Positions 18,347-32,652 are shown, numbered from the stretch's first letter. The stretch: 64,000 nucleotides of DNA from the human T2T-CHM13v2.0 reference genome, Homo sapiens (GCF_009914755.1 NC_060940.1), one strand, 5' to 3'. Made by a program: numbers and translations. The notes: a model not told the origin generated them from the sequence alone.

Positions 18347-20908
18347 GGAGGAAGCAGAGCAGAGTGCGAGATCCTGACCCAAGAGCACCATAACATAGCT
18401 CCGAAAGGGAGAGCAGAGATGGCAGCCGAAACTCACTCTGTGCTGGGCTTTGGTATGGTAACTCTTTGGTGGTTTTATGATGCTTACAAACTTGAGCTTT
18501 AGCTCTTGTTTGGGAGAACACGTAACTGTTGAAAAACTACCTGGGAGGAGTGAGTTCCTCCAGTTAAATGTGGCTGTAGATGTTGGAGGCTAGGGAGGCT
18601 AGTAAATATCAAAAGGAAAAGGGAGTGGGAATTGCTATCATGTAAAATATCAAAGTTAAAATACTAAGGTGCATTTTCCCTGAAGGGAACTCATGTCTGA
18701 CTGCTGTATTCAAATACGTAGCTTTGGTAACAAACAAAATCCGTATATGCAAATCAACATATCCAAACATGCCAAGACTGCTTTTCCACTGCACTTGGAA
18801 GGATATATTATGCCTAACCCTGCCCAACAAATTAAGGTTTGTGCCTAAAATGTTAGATTGGACTGTATGCCAGTTAGTCTCCATTTATTCCTAGTACTCT
18901 GTCCTAAGAATCTTTTTAAAACTATATCATGATGAATTGAAATGAAGATAAAATTGCTCTTTTGTAACTTTATCTTAGTAATGTAAAGATTCAGTAAATT
19001 GATGAGTCAGGTTGCAGCCCTCATGTGAACTGAAAGAAGTTGCTCGCTTCTGTGTTGACTTAGATCAAGACACGTCACGCATCCTTTCTGGGGTAGTACC
19101 TGTGGAGCCGGGAAGGGTCTCCTGCAGTGCCATTCTGCCTTCTCAATGAGCAAAACCATTTTCTAAGTATGAGGATATTAGTGAGTAGGAGATTTTATAA
19201 AAGAAAGACCTGAGTCAGACAAATAATAAAGGTCTGCTGTGGCTAAAAAAGCAAAAACAAAAAAGCTATCCAGACAAAATACATAGGGATCAGAAACTTT
19301 TTCATATAACCTGTCTGAAAGCACACAAAGTCTTGTTTACTACTGTTTAGGGTTTGAAAACTTGTCTTAGAATGCGAATCTGTGTTAAGAATCTAGTCTT
19401 TGTAATAGAAGTTTCCCAGTGGCATTCACTAGTGAGAGTTTTAGACAAATTATGTTACGAGTAAAGTTTGGCTGGTAGAATAAACTACCTCAACTTAATT
19501 TCATTCTGTTCATAGTAGAGCAAATTAATCTTTTCCTCCTTCCCTCCTTTCCTATCTCTCATTCTCACCTCAACCCACTTTACCCCACTTCTCATTGGGG
19601 GAAAAATGTCTTTCGTTCGTGGAACGTATCTTGTAAGATATTTTGTTTTCCACTTGAATTACACCACCCTAGTGTGAAATCGGGGACTTCAAAGTGCTTG
19701 ATTCCTTCCTAAATTGAATTTTATGCAATGTCAAATTTCTAATCAATTTAATATACAGTACTTCATTTTTAATTGTTTTCTAAAAAAAAGGTTTTTTTTT
19801 TCCTTTTGGAATATGGCTGTAAGAAGCAGCATTTTGTCTTATTAACACATGTATAAAGGTATCCTTTGGTTTTAAGTCGAGAACAGGAATTTCTTCTAGA
19901 AACTTCCTGTATGGAACGTTTATATGCAATTAACATGCATATGAAAAACATCACTTACGTTCTCCCACCCATAGACATAAAAAAGGGTGACCTGTGATTT
20001 TTTTCTTATACCTGCTGGAAGTCAGTACAATGCGTCAAAAGTTGCTGAAAGATGCTGTGCCTATGGGGTTCTAGAGAGTGTTGAGTGTGGTACATTAACT
20101 CTCCATTTTAGCCAGAAGATACCTGATAAGAGAAGGTGTAAGGTTTTTATCTTATATGCCAGAGGCACCAGGCCAGATGTGCCGCACAGTCATGTAATTC
20201 AATCATGTTTAATATGTCAGTCAAAACCAAATTCAGAATTGTTTTGTGTACCAGTCAGCTGTTGTCTGCACATTTTCGTAGTGACAGTGTGGAGATCTTT
20301 TTAATGAAAGCAAACTATGTGGCCTCTGCAAAGAAAGGAAGATTTTTCTTTTTACAACTAGATATTAGTTTTAGAGGAAGGAAATAGCTGAAAAACTAAA
20401 TTTGCTTTGGTGAAATGTCCTGTACAGAACAGTACCTTGGCATTCAGCAGCTGTAATTGGGGAACATTAAAACAGTAACTGACATCCAGTTAAAGCCACG
20501 ATCGTCAGCAATTCTCCTTTTTTAATTTCTGATATTTAAAGTTTTTTTTCCAGTCTACACCAGGCCTCTCCAAGGAGACAGTTCATTATTTAGGAGTGAA
20601 TGTGTTCCTCTTGCAATATTATCAGTACCTGCATGACTTGGTAAATTCATTTTATAAAAATAGTGTTTTTTTTTTTTAATTTCAGTTCATTGACTCTATA
20701 ACTGCAGAAATTAGATAATGTTTTATAAAATAAATTTGCCACATAATATGGGATGCAATAACCAACAAAGCTGCTAAGTGCCAAACTGTTATTTTACTAT
20801 ATATAAATATTAAAATATTGTGTTGAAGTATAGGGATGTATTTAATTTTACTATGCTCCAACATTAATCATGACTCTTTTGTAAATTACAGTTATTTCAG
20901 TATTGTAA

Positions 20909-20950
20909 AATAAATGTTGACTCATTTCATGCAGGTTTGTGTTTTAACAT
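20909..20950 (+). terminator. Proximal polyadenylation signal (AATAAA 20909-20914) with downstream GU-rich element
   Basis: TGTA motifs upstream, AATAAA, then GGTTTGTGTTTT about 20 nt downstream; additional AATAAA at 19225, 19479 and 20729. Confidence 0.7.
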
Positions 20951-22600
20951 TCCACTTATGCCTTGAAACATCATTTCTTGATAACTTTTTGATACTTCTT
21001 TCTTGATAAGGCACTTTTACCAGGTGTGTGTTGGAATTGGTGGCTCAGGATAGGTCTTAAATTTTAAATACAAATATCTTTGGGGGAAGTGCAATTTATT
21101 TTCAGAAGGAAAGTTGTCTCAGGTTAGAATAAGTAAATATTTAAAGAACCTCTCCTAGGCTGCAGTCTAAAATAGGTAGTTTGTTTCTTTGTTTAGCATA
21201 TCCAAATTTAGATTTTTCAAAGATTTAAGTGTTTATTGAAAGTGTTTTTTGTTTTGTTTTTGATAGTGCTTATATCCTGTGAATAGAAAAAGTGTGAGAG
21301 ATGAATGAGTGAGTTGTACGTGTGTGTGTGATGCTATTTGACCTGATAAATGTATTTGTGTTTACTTTTTGAATTGTAGTTCTAAACTACATATATTACT
21401 GTCTCCTGGTGCTTCAGATAAATTCTTGAGCCTGTTGACCTTCAGTTTATACTACTGTGTCGAACTCATATTGAGTGTAAATATTGAAATATTTGTAGTT
21501 TATAGTAAGTTTTACTTGGTGTTCGCGTTTCTCTTCTTCAGCAGGATTAAAAACAGTGTTTACCACCTCGTAGTTGGTATACTGTCAGGATTTGGCCTAA
21601 GAAATTTCTGAATGCATTGTTTAGCTTAGTACTTCATTGCTGTAAGGAATTGATAGCTAACTGTAGGCTTTTTTCAAACTGTATAACAACCAAAAAGGAG
21701 CATTTGGGGGTATGTTGGATGGTGTTTTGTTTGTAAACACTTTGTTATATTGCACTACCACTTTAATGATGACACTTCCTTCATTGATGGCTTGGAAGTG
21801 TCATTTTTATAATTTATGAGTTGGGGGGATTCCCTAGTCAATGCATAGGAAATACATTCTTTGTACAAACGTGGTAAAGAGAGGACTGGCTTTGCTATGG
21901 CACCTAAGTTACTCATGGGTAGTTAAGTTTCATTTCTAGAGAAATGTCTTAGCTGCTGTGGTCCATTAGAGTTCCCTTTGGTACATTCCTACCTCAGTGT
22001 ACCAAACCAGGGATTCCAAAAACCTTCCAAGGAGTGCTAGAAACACCGCAGTATCCCCTTCCAGAATGTTGGCGTTCATGATTCAAGAGGCCTCCCGTGG
22101 TCAGATGAAGACCTTTGGTTAAATGGGGGAAGAATGAGGTGGCGCTTTGACTGTATCAATTTAAAGATGCCGGAACCCCGTTAAAAACACCTGGTGGAAG
22201 GGAAAGGTGAGGCGGCCCTTTTCCACTGGCTGCTCACTGAGCACTGGAGTCCAGGAAGTCAGTGAGAAGAGAGCAGCTGAGTGTAGCAAAACCCGCCTTG
22301 GGTCAGCCAACACATGTCTGATGAGCACCCACTAGGAACTGTGCTTGCCATCCTGGGAGCTGAACAGTGAGGCAGAGGTCACACCACTCTCCTACTCAAG
22401 GTCATAAACCCACTATGGAACGGGCAAGGGCCCCGTCTTTGTCATCTGCCAGTCTCAGTGCTTGCACAGAGTAGGTAGGCAATAAACATTTGACAAATAA
22501 ATATAAGATTCTTGTGATCAAAGTAATGTTCTTCTGTTGAAAAGGGCACTCCAAGAGTGACTGATTTTACTGGGTTTTCAGTGAGAAACTTTGTACCCAT

Positions 22601-22668
22601 ATGGGCTGGCCTCCTATACGGAGCTGAAACTAGCATGGGCCGGCCTCCTATATGGAGCTGAAACTAGT
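22601..22668. repeat. 34-bp tandem duplication
   Basis: ATGGGCTGGCCTCCTATACGGAGCTGAAACTAGC / ATGGGCCGGCCTCCTATATGGAGCTGAAACTAGT. Confidence 0.9.
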
Positions 22669-23711
22669 ATAGCATAAACAATGCCAAGTGCCTGATGTAC
22701 ATGATGTACAGTCTTCTGATTGTACCCTCTATATGGGACTATGAGACCCTCTATAGACTCAGCACAGCTTATAATGTTGATCATGTTTAGTATTGGGCTT
22801 TATTGACTGCTTTTTATATGGGTGTCAAAATCTTTCCAGGACATACCCCTTTGATCCTCACACCTCTGGAATAGGCAGGGCACTCTCCCCATTGTACCAG
22901 GGTAATCTTGGAGGCCTGATAGATATGGCTTCATTTCTCACTTTAGGGAGGAGCAAGAACCAAAAGCAGAAGCCAGGTCTTTGGATTATCAGCTCACCAG
23001 TCAGCCAGTGAGGCTGGAACTTGATTTTTCTAGGCATACAAGTATTTTTAGTAATAGAATAATCATTTTTAGTATTAATACAATTTACGCTCCCAAACAT
23101 GTCCTTTGCTAGTTGCACAGGCATAAGCTGAAAGATCTTTGATTTTCTTTGTTAGTTAGCTATAGGAAGGTTAAGAATTTATTTACTAAGGTCGTAAGAA
23201 CAGAAGAAAGTTTCTTTGAAAGAGAAACTGTTTTTTTATTTCAAAGAGCTTCATGTATACTTCCCTCTCTTATTCCATGTAATTAGTAAGGGAAAATAAA
23301 CTATGTCTTAGAATGTTGAGGAAAGTATTTTGATAGCTTTTAATAATTCTTGAAATACTCTTTACTCTGTCTGTAGTTTTGAGAAATTACAGAAATTCAT
23401 AGTATAAGGATGAGAAGGGGCCCATTTGCCCATATTTGATAACACAGACTTGGATTGAGTGTCTGTCATGCCTGCTGGCAGTTAAGTCTCAGTGGTATTG
23501 ACTGCTAGGCATTTTCTATATTTTTTGCAAGTTAGCTGGTAAAACTTGGTAAAGTTTTGTGTTTTTCAGAAGGAACCCTATTATTATTTCCATTTTAAAC
23601 ATATTTCAATATTGTCTCATTGTAATAGTTCCATTTATGTGACATCTGAGGAATTAAATCATACTTCCAGATGGTTTGGTCTAATGTATACAGTTTAGGA
23701 AAGTTTATTCT

Positions 23712-24297
<586 letters not shown>

Positions 24298-25764
24298 CTC
24301 TTTTTTTTTTTTTATTTTGAGATTAAAACTAATTCTTTTAAAGTCACTACTCAGCTGAAATTTGGCCTGATTATAAATGTTGATAATAATTTCTTCCTGG
24401 CTCAACAAAGTTGTTGAGCTTCCTTCTGTGCACACATTGAAAGAAAACCAGAAATTGTACAGTCGTGATATGAATTAGAGAAGGAACAGGTGGAAAAGGA
24501 TGGCAACACACAGAGTCCGGGGGACACACGGCCTTAAGATGAAGTGAACGAGTAGACACTGAATAGGATCCACGTAAATGAACGGCCATTTCAAATCATT
24601 CACATCCCAAACGGAGGTTCATCTGTCTTCTGGTTGGTGAATTATATTTATTAGGATCTTATTTTTAGCATTTCATTACAAGTAATAGGTTTGGGTACCT
24701 TATTTTTATTGTTTTTACTCATCAGTTATGAATAAGGCATACCTTAGAAACTTGGGTTAAATTTTTTCAAGTTATACCAGTCAACTTGGTTTAAATACAA
24801 CTGTACTAACTTGCTTTATCATGTTTCCTGTTTAATTGGATGAGAATTACATGCACTTATTCAGTTGTTCTTTGTGTTTATAGGAAAAACTCTGTTCTCA
24901 GCTACCTCATTATGTAGTATTGTGCTTGATCCCCTGCCAATTGAGAAGAATTCAACACATTCTGTTCTTTAACAAAAGCTTGGAAGCAGGCAGTCAGAGG
25001 CCTTGAGGAATACAATTCTCTAAGGCCTGTTTTCCATTTTACTACTTAAAAAAAAAAAAAAAAGAAAAGAAAAAAAAGCACTTACAACCAGGAGGAATAA
25101 TAATTCTCCTAGAGTTGCTGCAAACTGATTACTTGAAACTCAACTTGAACTTTAAAGAGTCTTTAAAAGGCTGTTTTCATAATGCAGAAAAGTAGTCTAT
25201 TTAAACGCCACTGCTGTGTAAAACAGGGGGCTCGATTTCCATTCTTGTTAGCATCAGACAAGAAAATGTGTCTATCTGTCATCTGACCCAGTATTTGGGA
25301 TTTGGGTGCTTGAGGATACTATTTTTTTCATTTCTTATAAGGTGCTATTGTTTCCCAGAAATCTTTAATTTTGATGAAAATCTACTCATTGCTAAGATCC
25401 TCCTCACTTAAAGTGTTTCCTCAGTGCAGAGTTGAGGTTGGCAGAACTATATAGAGTTGGATGATACTGAAAATCATGAATGATGTGATTTGTTCCATGT
25501 ATCTGTGGAACATCCCTCACCTTCCTCCGGTATGCGCCTTCTGCACTCCACACGTGGTCGCCTCCATCCTCCCTAGTGTCTGTCAGCTTGCCTGGTCACC
25601 AAGTCAGGAGGAAGAAGATGAGGAGGCTCACCAGTTGTAGGCAAGACTCTTCCTCTCGGGAGATCTTGTAATAATGGCCCAGTTTCAGGGCACAGTTGTA
25701 CACATTCTACTTAAATGGAGGAGTTCAGTGATGCCGTGGCCAAAAGAGTTATGCCCATTTCTAA

Positions 25765-25840
25765 AAGCCTGGCATATTTGGTATAACTTAAGCACCAGGT
25801 AAAATCTGGTGCTTAAGTTGTACCAAGTATAGCCAAGTTT
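25765..25840 (+). ncRNA. MIR4720: pre-miRNA hairpin hsa-mir-4720 inside the GAN long 3' UTR
   Basis: Inverted repeat GGCATATTTGGTATAACTTAAGCACCAGGT-AAA-ATCTGGTGCTTAAGTTGTACCAAGTATAGCC (~30-bp stem with G:U pairs); matches my recollection of mir-4720 (5p ~25768-25789, 3p ~25810-25830). Confidence 0.88.
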
Positions 25841-25961
25841 AACTGTCGTTGTGTATTAATAAGATTTAATTTTTATGCTTGTGCTTTTCAGAGTAAAGGG
25901 CTTGCTTTCAATAGTAGAATGACAAAGCTTCTCCTCCAATGACAATCTGTTAGCACCCTGT

Positions 25962-26007
25962 TGACTTAGCTCAGGACATGAGACTGACTTAGCTCAGGAC
26001 ATGAGAC
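25962..26007. repeat. Perfect 23-bp tandem duplication
   Basis: TGACTTAGCTCAGGACATGAGAC x2. Confidence 0.95.
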
Positions 26008-26516
26008 ATTTCCTGGAAGTGATTTCCATGAGAACAAAGGCTTATTCCTTTAACTTAAACCCCAAACTTTGTTATTTTAATTATTTTCAGGCAATCATCT
26101 TTATATACTTTCCTTACAAACCCAGTGGTTGAGAGCATAGGCCTTGGTGGCAGGTGCATCTGGGCTTGGGGGCTTCTGCCACACTTACTACTCTGTGACT
26201 TGGGAAGCTCTTAAGGCTCCCAAGGCTCCGTTTCTTATGTGGAAGAAGAATAGCAGGAGGACTCACCTCTGCGGGTTGTTGTGAGGATTAACTGGGTGAT
26301 GACTGTAAGCAGCTGGGAGAGTGCCTTGTGTGCAGTGACCACTGTTGCTGCCACCATGATTATGTCACCTCTCAACATGGGGTGGTGGGAGGCCCTGTGG
26401 ATGAGGCCAAGGCTGCCTGCACTGAGTGTCCCAGGCCTTATAGCTTTCCACATTCTCACGTCTGCTGCCACATGATATACAAGTAAATGTATTAGAAGTT
26501 GGTGTTCATAAAATAC

Positions 26517-26792
26517 TTTTTTTTTTTTTTTTTTTTTGAGATGGAGTCTCGCTCCGTCACCCAGGCTGGAGTGCAGTGGCGCCATCTCCCAGGCTCAAGG
26601 GATCCTCCTGCCTCGGCCTGCCAAGTAGCTGGGACTACAAGTGCACACCAGTATGCCCAGCTAATTTTTTGTATTTTTAGAACAGGTGTGGTTTCACCAT
26701 ATTGCCCAGGCTGGTCTCGAGCTCCTGAGCTCAGGCAATCCGCCTGCCTCAACCTCCCAAAGTGCTGGGATTACAGGTGTGAGCATCCAGCC
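26517..26792 (-). mobile_element. Alu in the 3' UTR
   Basis: Antisense Alu consensus. Confidence 0.92.
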
Positions 26793-27333
26793 AGAAAATG
26801 ATTTGCTTTCTAGACCCATATCACCTCTCTCCATCTACATCTCTAGTATTTAAATTCAACACAATTCTAGATAGCTGAAACAGCCCAAAATATGTGTTTA
26901 GAATACTTAGAGTTTGTTATAAATAACCCTCTGTTTAGAATTTGCCCAGTGAAATTCTCTAATAATACTTAAAACTCTTTACTAAAGTTGAATTTTCCTT
27001 TTTTTTCATTGAAATAGCAAAGGTAGTAATCTGTATTGGTCAAAGAAACGAGATAATTCCTAGATCTCTGTTTTAGACCAGTAGACCTAACTGTGCTTTC
27101 TTAACTTGGATGTTACATGAAACTTAAAAACAAACAAATATGTGTTACAAGTACTTGTGTGTACGTGCATGTGTGTTTGTGCATGTGTCTGTGTGTGTGG
27201 AACTTTTGTACCTTTGCATAAAGAAGGTTATTTAACAAAGTGGTACAAACAGTGAACTACTTAATCCTTCTATGGTATCATACACTTCTTTTCCTGGTTA
27301 GGTTATGAGACTGGCAGAGGTAGGAGTATATAA

Positions 27334-27765
<432 letters not shown>

Positions 27766-28281
27766 TCAGACAGTGTTGGCAAGAACGGATCTTTGGCAAG
27801 ATCACTTAAGGTGAGCTACTCTAGCAGCATCCTGTTTGACATTTGTATCCATAACTTGAATAAAAATATAGAAGGCAAAGAAGAGTGCTGGGCAAGATGT
27901 GTTGGGTGTTAGATCTGCAATACTCTTCATAGTGTAATGGCTAAATGTAAAGTCTTACGTCTCGGTTCAAGAAAGCACGTTGCTATATGAAATTTCAGAA
28001 AAAAGTTTTGTTGCGGGGGGTGGGATATTGATCATTTGAACATATGCCAGTTGTTTCTCCTGCCCTAGGGGAGGTTGGCACGGCAACCTTCCCACTCTGT
28101 AGGTGGGTAGCCTTGCTGATGGGGCACGTCGTCACCAAGGGACCTGATTGTTGTCATGGTTTTGTCTTGTCCTCCTCCCTGGTGAAAGTCTACTGCAGTT
28201 TTATTCTCAGCTCTGGAGGGAGAGGGAACGAGCCTCTGCCTGTGTGTCCTGACCCCTCTTGCCTTGTTTTTGATCTGCTCA

Positions 28282-28590
28282 GGCCGGGTGCAGTGGCTCA
28301 CGCCTGTAATCCCAGCACTTTGGGAGGCAAAGGCAGGTGGATCACTTGAGGTCAGGAGTTCAAGACTAGCCTGGCCAACATGGTGAAACCCCGTCTCTAC
28401 TAAAAATACAAAAATTAGCCGAGTGTGTTGGTGGGCCCCTGTAATCCCAGCTACTCGGGAGGTTGAGGGAGGAGAATCACTTGACCCCAGGAGGCGGAGG
28501 TTGAAGTGAGCCAGGTTTGTGCCACTGTACTCCAGCCTGGGCGACAGAGGGGGACTCTGTCTCACAAAAAAATAAAAAATTAAAAAAAAA
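28282..28590 (+). mobile_element. Alu (Sx-like) in the 3' UTR
   Basis: Full Alu; TSD TCTGCTCA. Confidence 0.92.
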
Positions 28591-31531
28591 GGTCTGCTCA
28601 GAAATAGGGGAAACACGGGATCAAGACCATTAGAGATTTATAGGCTGGGATGCACACCATGTCTTCAGAGCTAGCCGGCTGTGTCTTCTCCCCGTTTCTT
28701 TCACTGGTGAATAACCTTTCGTTTGAACCAGCATTGATTGTTCTCTCCATGTTCCACTGTGGCTCCCCATGGACACTGCTAGGTGGAATCTCTGAGAAAA
28801 CAGGCACTTCGCAGTCGGCGCATCTTTCTCTGCCAGCTTAGGGATTGCCGTCAAGGTGGAGGAAGGGTATTTTGGCCATGTTCGGAGTCGTTGTTTTTAC
28901 TCACTCTTCTTGGGATAGCTTTCCCACCCTGCCCTCTGCTCCTCTGTCCCAACCCTCTTCCAGCCTGGTTTTTTTACTGCTTGAATTATGTATCCAAAAT
29001 AAAAAGGAAAAGAAAGGTGCAGTTGGGGCGGGTTGTTGGGGGCGAGGAGAATAGCCCTTCTGGTTCTTCAGACCACATAATGGCCAGAGCATGAGCCTCA
29101 CAGATCCCTGAGCAGACCTTCATACTAGCACTTTCCACAACCAGCTGGCCCTGGCTGTGAGAGTCAGATCTGTCCCCAAGGCTCCAGGTCAGAACTTGGA
29201 CCCAGGTGCCTTCTGAGGCACCGCCAAGGACACATCCCAGCGCCTTAGGCACCTGTAGGCTAGAATGACACCTTCCAGGCCAGCCCCAGAGGCCCTCAGG
29301 GCTCCCCCTCCAAGCCGGGAGGGCAGGCAGGCACAGGCCCCGCTCACTACCTCAGCACCCAGTGCAGCCCCAGGCTCCCGGACGTGCTCGGCCCGGTGGC
29401 CTCTTGTGTGACAGGCCCTCTGCCATGTCTGTCCGCAGAGCCGGGTGGGGAGCCTCCGTGTGGGTCCTCTTCTGTCCCTTTGCAGCTCGCATTCGCCAGA
29501 GCGGAGCGCAGCCCTTGTTTCCTTCTTTCCTCTTCAGCTCTGACTTAAAAACACACTATGTTCCAAATCGTTGTGGGATCGGAAACTAGAACTGCTTGTT
29601 TCCAGGAGAGACCACCTTTTCATATTTTTTTTAAAAGGAATTTGTGCTTCAAAAGAAACTCCAAAAAATAAATTTATTGTTAGTCTAGCATATGCTCATT
29701 GAAATTGACTTATGTTTTATTTTAAAAAATCATGTAGGATCTGGTACATGGGGTGGGCAAAAGGGTATCATCAGCTTAAGAAGTAAAGAAGTGAGCCTTC
29801 CATTTGTGTGGGTGATAACATCTTTTTCCTAGATCGTACCTCAAAATTCAGGCTCTCCATGAAAACAAAGATAATCTGAATAAAAATTGTGTGTTGGGAA
29901 ATGTATCAAGTGACCTTCAGTTAAGAAAAGCACAGGCTGTTTATTAGCACAACTTGCTTCATTAAATAATTCGTGGCTTTTTCTGCCACTGGGGTTCTTT
30001 TCGTTTTGAATTCAGCTTGTGTTTGGTTCCTCGGTCTTGTACCCCTTCAGTTCGCCGGCGACGTAATGGTGATACCCTTTGTTTTTTGTATCATACCTTT
30101 TGTGAATTGTGACAACCATCCCATAATCATTGTGGCCTCAGCAGAAGTTTTGAACAATCTTTGCAGCCACTGTTGGGGTGTGTACCAGCAGCCTGGAAGT
30201 GACCAGCAGAGCTGACAAAAGCACCCCCTGCTCTGCCCACCTCCGCAGAGTCCTGTCCTCATCAGAAACGGTATCGCGGATGCTCCTCAGGTAGGCGTAG
30301 GCAGACTTCATTGTGTGTTAGCAGTGACAGTGATGTCTGTACCTATCTGTGAGTGAGACCCATTCATGACACACTAGAAATGTGTACATTCTTTTGTTTT
30401 CCATCACGGGTATAGGTCTTCTGCCATGAAAGAGAACTATCAAGGAAATTCCTGAAAACAAGATTTGTAAATTCGATTTGACCCTCCCAAATTCAGGGCT
30501 GCTCTTTGCAGTGGTCCCTGGCCCAGCAGGTGGCCGGCGTGGCTCCTGTTGGCTCATGCCAGTGTTGTGCTGGACCCTCGAGTATGTGACTGTCACCCTT
30601 GTCCAAGACTGGTTTTTAACAGTCTTGATTTGTCATTTTGATGCTTTGAATACTATAAGGAAAATGCCACGAATACCATATAAATACCACACCAATCTGT
30701 TGAACATATCTGTGTTTTCTGACATGGGACCTGCAGAATAGTATTTCTTTTAAATCCTGCAACTTTATTATCTAGTAGAATTCCAAGTAGGTCTGCTTAG
30801 ACACATATTCAGTGAAGATTGTATTGTGTGTGATATTATCCTATCTTTAATAAAGTCCTACTACTGAAAAACAGGGATTTGCAATGAAAATCATAGCTAA
30901 ATAGGCAGGTTTAGAAAGTTCAAAATATTGGAAGTGCTAGAAGGCTGCAACTTGTAAAATTGTACTCCCCAAGTTCAGTAGGATAGTAGAGAAGTCGTGC
31001 TAAGTTGATTTCATTGAAATGTCACGTCTCACATCCTGTGGTCCAAAGGTACTAGTTTGTTTTGTGGAATAATTTTCTGTTCACTTGCTGATAAGAAATT
31101 TAGCAGTCAGAAGTAATTTTTAATTAATAACCTTTCTTTTTAAAAGTTGCTTTATGGTTTACAAGTAATACTGATGCAAAAAGGATTTGTTAACCTAAAT
31201 TAAGTAGCACGCACTTTGTTTACATGCTTCAGTATATTGTGGGGTTGGTCCCTTCTCACAAACCCAGGACCTGTGCTTGGGGAACATTTTGCCATCATGC
31301 TGTTCTCTTGTACCAAGGATCAGTGAAAGTGTTTTATCTTTTTTATGTAGTTTGTATTGACTGGATTTTATAACTGTAAGAAAACAGAAACAGAGTGTTG
31401 TATTTTGATCTGAAATTTGTGTATGCTAAAGTAATTTTGTTTTATGTATTGGAAGTTCACTTAAAAACTTGAAATATTTTCTAGAAGGGTACCACACAAA
31501 AGGAATCATCTTTAAGCTGTTTAATTAACCT

Positions 31532-31590
31532 AATAAAATAATTTGATGGGGAAGGCATTCTAATTGTTTCTGATTTTTAGAGTGGTTCCT
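31532..31590 (+). terminator. Distal polyadenylation signal (AATAAA 31532-31537)
   Basis: Cluster of TGTA (CFIm-type) motifs at 31300-31450, AATAAA, and U-rich downstream TTGTTTCTGATTTTT; another AATAAA at 30849. Confidence 0.7.
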
Positions 31591-31731
31591 GCTAAATCAT
31601 CATTATCAATACAGCTTGATTTGATTTAAGAATGAAACGTTGTCGTTTCTGTCATTTACACGGTGTGGGTGTCAGCTCCTAGACCGTGGCTTGTGATGTT
31701 AGATCCGTCCCTTAGCAGCCACACCCCAGTC

Positions 31732-31879
31732 ACTGCCTGAGCCTCTTCCATCGCTGACTGCCTGAGCCTCTTCCATCGCTGACTGCCTGAGCCTCTTCCA
31801 TCGCTGACTGCCTGAGCCTCTTCCATCGCTGACTGCCTGAGTCTCTCCATGGCTGACTGCCTGAGCCTCTCCATCGCCG
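31732..31879. repeat. 25-bp minisatellite, six copies (four identical, two degenerate 24-mers)
   Basis: Unit ACTGCCTGAGCCTCTTCCATCGCTG. Confidence 0.95.
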
Positions 31880-32278
31880 TCAGCATAAGTCTCCTTGCTG
31901 TCTTCCCTGAAAAATGGTTTCAAATTGGCTTTCCTCAGAAGACAGAGAGAAAATAGATTTCGGAGGACTAGAGGACCTTGATATTAAGGGCTTGGTAATA
32001 TGAGGCAGAATTCCATCTACAGAAAGCAGATTTCTCTAGTTCCCTCTTACTGCGCTGTCCAGAGACAATAAACCTACAAAGATTGGTAGTACTTGAAAAA
32101 GATAATTCAAATACAGATCTCCACTGAAGGCAAGGGGTAAAGAGCTTAGCAACTCTACCATAAGGTCCAGGTTAGGTAAGGACAGGAAAGTGCACGGGCC
32201 GTCTGCAGACTCCCTCCTGAAATCACATGAAAAGAGGCAGTATATTCATCTTTGGTGGCACGGCATGGCATAACATAG

Positions 32279-32652
<374 letters not shown>

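Noticed and set aside
18344-18350. Programmed stop-codon readthrough
   Set aside because: Context is TGA-GGAG, not the TGA-CTAG readthrough motif.
25047-25077. A-run as a poly(A) site or processed-pseudogene tail (also the A-rich run at ~19245-19264)
   Set aside because: Genomic A tracts with no upstream retrocopy or TSD; more likely to cause oligo-dT internal priming artefacts.
28065-28616. 183-aa ORF and the many similar ORFs (e.g. 1670-1966, 27376-27735, 60775-61296)
   Set aside because: They translate Alu sequence (LECSG...[10 protein letters not shown] signature) with no independent coding evidence.
31656-31923. 25-bp repeat array as a CRISPR array, or the repetitive minus-strand ORFs as proteins
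   Set aside because: Units are head-to-tail with no unique spacers, there are no cas genes, and the DNA is primate; the ORFs are just translations of the minisatellite.
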